A DNA stretch of 64,000 nt from an archaeon (GTDB lineage: Archaea > AGJL01 > Methanococci > Methanococcales > Methanocaldococcaceae), in contig JAJRSC010000030.1 in NCBI GenBank assembly GCA_024278985.1, positions 1 to 64,000 of the forward strand. Reading direction: 5' to 3'. The translations under genes were made by a program, and so were the position numbers. Below are positions 57,188 to 64,000 of this stretch, one piece after another (positions within the stretch are counted from its first letter, which is position 1; every line of letters begins with the position of its first letter). The notes below the pieces were generated by a model that worked only from the letters and a program-made list of their open reading frames with translations, was not told the origin of the DNA and did not search any database.

Positions 57188-57481
57188 ATGTTAGGAATCA
57201 GAAGAATAGTTTTAGATATATTAAAACCTCATGAGCCAAAAATAACAGATATGGCTCTGAGATTGACAGCACTGAGTAATGTAGATGGGGTTAATATAAC
57301 TGTTTATGAAATAGATAAAGAGACAGAAAATGTTAAGGTTACTATCGAAGGGAAAAATTTGGATTTTTATGAGATTCAACAAATAGTTGAAGAACTTGGA
57401 GGAACAATACATAGTATTGATGAAGTTGTTGCTGGAAAAAAAATAATTGAAGAAGTAAAAACCCCTCAAGATAGACATTAG
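57188..57481 (+). CDS. DUF211 family protein
   Basis: IRRIVLDILKPH, GGTIHSIDEV. Confidence 0.85.
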   Translation: MLGIRRIVLDILKPHEPKITDMALRLTALSNVDGVNITVYEIDKETENVKVTIEGKNLDFYEIQQIVEELGGTIHSIDEVVAGKKIIEEVKTPQDRH

Positions 57482-57596
57482 AAAAGCAATATTTTTTATC
57501 TTTTTTTAAAGTTAAAAGTTTAAAAAACTAAGAAAATAATAAAACTACCTATATTAAAGTAAAAAAATATTTAAAGTGTTAGATTACTTCTTTACT

Positions 57597-60296
<2,700 letters not shown>

Positions 60297-60315
60297 CTAA
60301 AATAAACTTTTTAAT

Positions 60316-60349
60316 TAAATTATGATTTTGGAGTTCTATATAAATTTTT
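60316..60349 (-). promoter_or_regulatory. TATA box plus conserved element, candidate heat-shock operator of cdc48
   Basis: 27/34 identity with 11024-11057. Confidence 0.65.
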
Positions 60350-60451
60350 TGATTATGTGATAATTTTATGAACATCCACTCAAATAATTAAAATATGCTA
60401 TACATATTATTTTTTTAAATTTCATAACATATAATATTATCTACAATATTA

Positions 60452-61738
60452 TTAAATAATTTCATTTAGTTTTTCTAATACTCTTAAAATATCTTCTTCT
60501 TTTACTCCAATAGCAGCATTAACAACAAGATAATCATAAGGATATTCTCCTAAATAACATGTTCCAAACTTATCTTTTCTATTTACACCTCTTGGACCTG
60601 TTATTCTTAAATTGTATAATTTTCCTGCTACATCAATAGGATTTTTTACAGTTATAGCAGAGGAAATTGGATTTTCAACATTTAAAACTTTTTCTCCTTT
60701 TTTCTTTGCTATCTCATTTAAACCATCATCTAAAATCTTTTTACATTTTTTTTGTGTTTTCATTAGGTTAATATAATTTTTAAATCCAAGATATAAAAGA
60801 GATATAAGTATATTTGCTATTGGATTAGCAGAAGCTCTTCCTGGATATGATAGAGATATCTCTTTTAAGAATTCCTCATTTTTTGTATATATAATTCCTC
60901 CACCTATTGGAGTAAAAAGATTTTTATCTGATGAGCTAATAATTGCATCAACTCTATATTTTAGAGATTTTTTTAGTTTTTCAATATAGTAAAAGTTTTG
61001 CAGAGCATAGGCAGCATTAATAATATGTGGAATATCTTTTTCCTCACATATTTTAGATATCTCAACAATATTATCTGATTCTCTTGGAGGGAAGAATGTT
61101 AAAGTAGATAAAACAACTGGATTTTTTTCTTTATCTATAGCTTTTTCAATATCTTCAACTGGAACATAAACTTTATCTCCATCTAATACTGTCTCCACCA
61201 ATCTCATCCTTAAACCTATAAAAGATGTAGCCTTTATAGGACTTTTATGAGCAGCATAAGGATAAATAACAGAATCCACTTTATACCTCTTTCTTGCAGC
61301 AGATAAAGCTAAACCAATACTCATACCAGTAGCAATAGGTGTTGCTATAGCTTTAACTTTTAATCCAAGTTTTTTTAAAAAACTTTCTAAAATTTGGTTT
61401 GTTAATTTATACATTATACTGGCTCCTGGTGCCTTTGGTTGAGGGTCTATTAAGTTACCACTCCTACCAACTCCATGGCAAAAATTAAAAACACTCTCTT
61501 TTTGTATTCTTGTTAAAACTCTTGCCTCTCTTTCTCCAATTTGAATAACATTAGGGTCTTTATCAGTATCCATAAATGATAATATTCTTAATAAAAATTG
61601 AATATGTTCCTCACTTATTCCCTCTTCAGGGATAGTTCTCTGCTCTAATATGTTATTTATTATTTTTATATTCTCATTTAAAGATATTTTTCCTCTTTTT
61701 TCCATATTTTTAGGTAGAAAATTGTTTATATTTATCAT
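60452..61738 (-). CDS. spcS: O-phosphoseryl-tRNA(Sec) selenium transferase (SepSecS)
   Basis: GEREAR, HGVGRSG, QPKAPG, HKSP, SSDKN, YPGRAS. Confidence 0.95.
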   Translation of the reverse strand: MININNFLPKNMEKRGKISLNENIKIINNILEQRTIPEEGISEEHIQFLLRILSFMDTDKDPNVIQIGEREARVLTRIQKESVFNFCHGVGRSGNLIDPQPKAPGASIMYKLTNQILESFLKKLGLKVKAIATPIATGMSIGLALSAARKRYKVDSVIYPYAAHKSPIKATSFIGLRMRLVETVLDGDKVYVPVEDIEKAIDKEKNPVVLSTLTFFPPRESDNIVEISKICEEKDIPHIINAAYALQNFYYIEKLKKSLKYRVDAIISSSDKNLFTPIGGGIIYTKNEEFLKEISLSYPGRASANPIANILISLLYLGFKNYINLMKTQKKCKKILDDGLNEIAKKKGEKVLNVENPISSAITVKNPIDVAGKLYNLRITGPRGVNRKDKFGTCYLGEYPYDYLVVNAAIGVKEEDILRVLEKLNEII

Positions 61739-61886
61739 TAATAACCTCCCTCAAAGTTAAATATTGATTTTTTAATTTTATCCACATCTTATATATTAAA
61801 ATATCAGATAGTTGTTAATAGAAATGACACATACATAAACTTTATATATAACAAACCTATATTATTTTTCATTAGTAGGTGAAAAA

Positions 61887-62174
61887 ATGAGAAATGTAAA
61901 GATATCTGATGAAGCAAAAAAATATATTTTAGATAAAATAAGCAAGGTAAAAAAAGACACTTTAATAATAACATTTGAAGGTTTCGGTTGAGCTGGACCA
62001 AGGTTTGGGATTGTTTTATCAGACCCAACTGATAAGGATAAACTAATCTATGATAAAGAATTTAAATTATACCTTGACCCTATTGCTTCTCAATGGTTAA
62101 AAGATGTAGAAATAACCTTAAAAAGGAGCTTATTTGGAAGATATTTAAAAATAAAAGGTTCAAGTGAGTGCTAA
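61887..62174 (+). CDS. HesB-like selenoprotein, 95 aa, Sec at codon 35 (TGA 61989-61991)
   Basis: AGGTGA RBS; MRNVKISDEAKKYI...FEGFG-U-AGPRFGI...KGSSEC*; SECIS immediately 3'. Confidence 0.92.
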
Positions 62175-62204
62175 CCAGGAACCCAATATTTGGGACTGGT
62201 TAGC
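62170..62204 (+). promoter_or_regulatory. Archaeal SECIS element
   Basis: gctaaccag-GAA-ccca-atatt-tggg-A-ctggttagc: 9-bp stem, GAA/A loop, three C-G pairs. Confidence 0.92.
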
Positions 62205-63171
62205 GTTTTTTCTTCCACATTTTTGGATATAAATTTCTTTCCATTATAACTCTTTCAACATCTACTGCTATACCTTTATCATTTTCCAAAATTTCTTTTG
62301 TACTCATTAATGCCTTACCAATTGCAACAGCCTCTCCTTTTAAGGTTTCTACAACAACCAAATCATTTTTATTTATATCATTACTTAGCTTAGATATTCC
62401 CTTAACATAAACATCAGCTCCATGACAAATAGCATTAACTGCAGAATCTTTAACTACTATTTTTTTTAAATGTCTTAATCCATATTCTAAAGGCTTTATA
62501 ACTCTTCTAAGTTCCTCCTCATCATTATCTTCTTTCCAAAATATATATGCATCTAATAAATCCTGTAAATAAACAGCATCTTTTTCTGTAAAACATCCAC
62601 TTTTAATTCTTCTTAATTCTTGCATATGGGCGGATGTTCCTAAAGCCTCTCCTATATCTTCACATAATTTTCTTATATATGTCCCTGACTGACATCTAAC
62701 TTTAAATAAAACATCTTTTCCATCTTTTTCTAATAATTCAATATTGTGTATTTTTCTTATTCTCAATCTTTTTTTAACAGCAGATTTTAAAGGAGGTCTT
62801 TGATAAATTTTTCCTGTAAATTCCTTAAAGATTTTTTTTATATTCTCTTCATCAGTATCTCTATGTAAATGCATTAAACAAATATATTCCTTTGGAGGAA
62901 TATGCCAGGTTTGTATTGTTTTAGTAGCATTTTCTAAGGCAATTGGTAAAACTCCAGTAACTTTTGGGTCAAGTGTTCCACCATGTCCAGCTTTTTCTAA
63001 ATTTAATATTTTTTTTACCCAAGAACTAACTTCATGAGATGTTGGACCTCTTGGTTTATCTATAACTACTACACCATATTTAATATATTTATCAATTGGT
63101 CTCTCTTCTGGTTTGTATCCATAATTAGGATTAGTTTCAGCTTCTTCTTTTGTTATTAACAAAAATTTCAC
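62200..63171 (-). CDS. cbf5: H/ACA RNA-guided pseudouridine synthase Cbf5
   Basis: DKPRGPTSHEV, GHGGTLDP, SGTYIR, PUA domain. Confidence 0.96.
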   Translation of the reverse strand: MKFLLITKEEAETNPNYGYKPEERPIDKYIKYGVVVIDKPRGPTSHEVSSWVKKILNLEKAGHGGTLDPKVTGVLPIALENATKTIQTWHIPPKEYICLMHLHRDTDEENIKKIFKEFTGKIYQRPPLKSAVKKRLRIRKIHNIELLEKDGKDVLFKVRCQSGTYIRKLCEDIGEALGTSAHMQELRRIKSGCFTEKDAVYLQDLLDAYIFWKEDNDEEELRRVIKPLEYGLRHLKKIVVKDSAVNAICHGADVYVKGISKLSNDINKNDLVVVETLKGEAVAIGKALMSTKEILENDKGIAVDVERVIMERNLYPKMWKKKR

Positions 63172-63347
63172 CTTCCTTTACTTCCTTTATTGGCTACTTT
63201 TAATACTCTATAAAATCCACTCACTACACCAATTAAAAAAAATACTACTATCCAAATATTATTATTGGTATATTGAGCTATAATATACCCAACAATTAAA
63301 CCAATAACAATACTACCAAACATTTCAAATGCTACATCTTTTAACAT
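63168..63347 (-). CDS. Small two-TM protein (AtpZ/AtpI-like), 59 aa, not in ORF track
   Basis: MLKDVAFEMFGSIVIGLIVGYII...IWIVVFFLIGVVSGFYRVLK; TGA overlaps cbf5 GTG. Confidence 0.65.
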   Translation of the reverse strand: MLKDVAFEMFGSIVIGLIVGYIIAQYTNNNIWIVVFFLIGVVSGFYRVLKVANKGSKGR

Positions 63348-63359
63348 ACAAGTGAAATT

Positions 63360-64000
63360 ATGATTGAGGAGATTATTAAATATTGCTCTAACCCATATTT
63401 AAATAAAGAGTTTGCCTTAGCATATAAAAAAAAGTTATTTTATTCTGTAAAGCAGTTGGATGGTAATGTTAAGGTTGTTTTACCATTTATATTTAAAAAT
63501 AAAAACTTTACAAAATTAGAAAACTATAAAGAAGGAATTGAAGGAGCTACTCAGAGAGTTATAGAACTTATAAAAGAGGAAATTATTAAAAAGAAAAGAT
63601 TTTTACCTTTGGCAGGGTATTTTGGAAAAAGATATCAGGCATTGTATGAACCTTTAACAGTTGTAAATTGTGATTTAAATATTGGTTATGATTTATGGAG
63701 AGCTGATAAATATAACTACATAGAAAAAGATAGAATATATTTAATATTAAGAATGATTTATCCAATAAAAGACCCAAAGGAAATATCTAAACTAATAGAT
63801 AATCTAAGTTATGAACTTGCTGATTTTATAGATAAGATAGATATAAATATATTAATTAATGAAGCAAAGAATATTATTAATCAAAAATATTTAAGAGAGA
63901 ACTTAAAGAATTTTGGATTAGTATGTTTTATAGGTAATAACTCAAGGCCTGCAAGGAAATACACAGAGGTAAGAAGACACTACAGGATTGCAGGACCTAA
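63360..64000 (+). CDS. 5' part of a hypothetical protein, possibly ABC-class ATPase N-terminal domain; runs off window
   Basis: Open frame MIEEIIKYC...QKYLRENLKNFGLVCFIGNNSRPAR to the window end. Confidence 0.6.
   Translation, partial: MIEEIIKYCSNPYLNKEFALAYKKKLFYSVKQLDGNVKVVLPFIFKNKNFTKLENYKEGIEGATQRVIELIKEEIIKKKRFLPLAGYFGKRYQALYEPLTVVNCDLNIGYDLWRADKYNYIEKDRIYLILRMIYPIKDPKEISKLIDNLSYELADFIDKIDINILINEAKNIINQKYLRENLKNFGLVCFIGNNSRPARKYTEVRRHYRIAGP

Overview
Very AT-rich, gene-dense core-chromosome segment of a hyperthermophilic Methanococcales archaeon (Methanocaldococcus-like, judged from protein similarity and gene content). It holds the Eha energy-converting [NiFe] hydrogenase operon (ehaA-O plus two polyferredoxins) and many housekeeping genes (rnp3, rnp4, rps6e, rps8e, truA, atpD, hflX, aroC, cobK, endA, comC, trpG, trpD, bpsA, queD, hacB, dph2, thrC, guaA-B, argG, spt5, secE, ftsZ, ubiX, srp54, pgi, purD, nop5, mfnA, cdc48, SepSecS, cbf5). 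Signals the ORF track misses: (1) a HesB-like selenoprotein with an in-frame TGA and a canonical archaeal SECIS, divergent from SepSecS; (2) a single-hairpin H/ACA guide RNA antisense to the truA 3' end; (3) a K-turn-containing structured RNA upstream of rps6e; (4) a 27/34-nt promoter motif shared by hsp20 and cdc48; (5) an IS6-derived remnant beside a double-cubane reductase/activator pair; (6) a probable CRISPR leader end at the left edge; (7) broken core genes (purD, mfnA, a metallophosphoesterase, hacB start, endA), mostly explainable as GA->TA changes and more likely sequence errors than recoding. Homology calls come from motif recognition and recall; no database searches were run.
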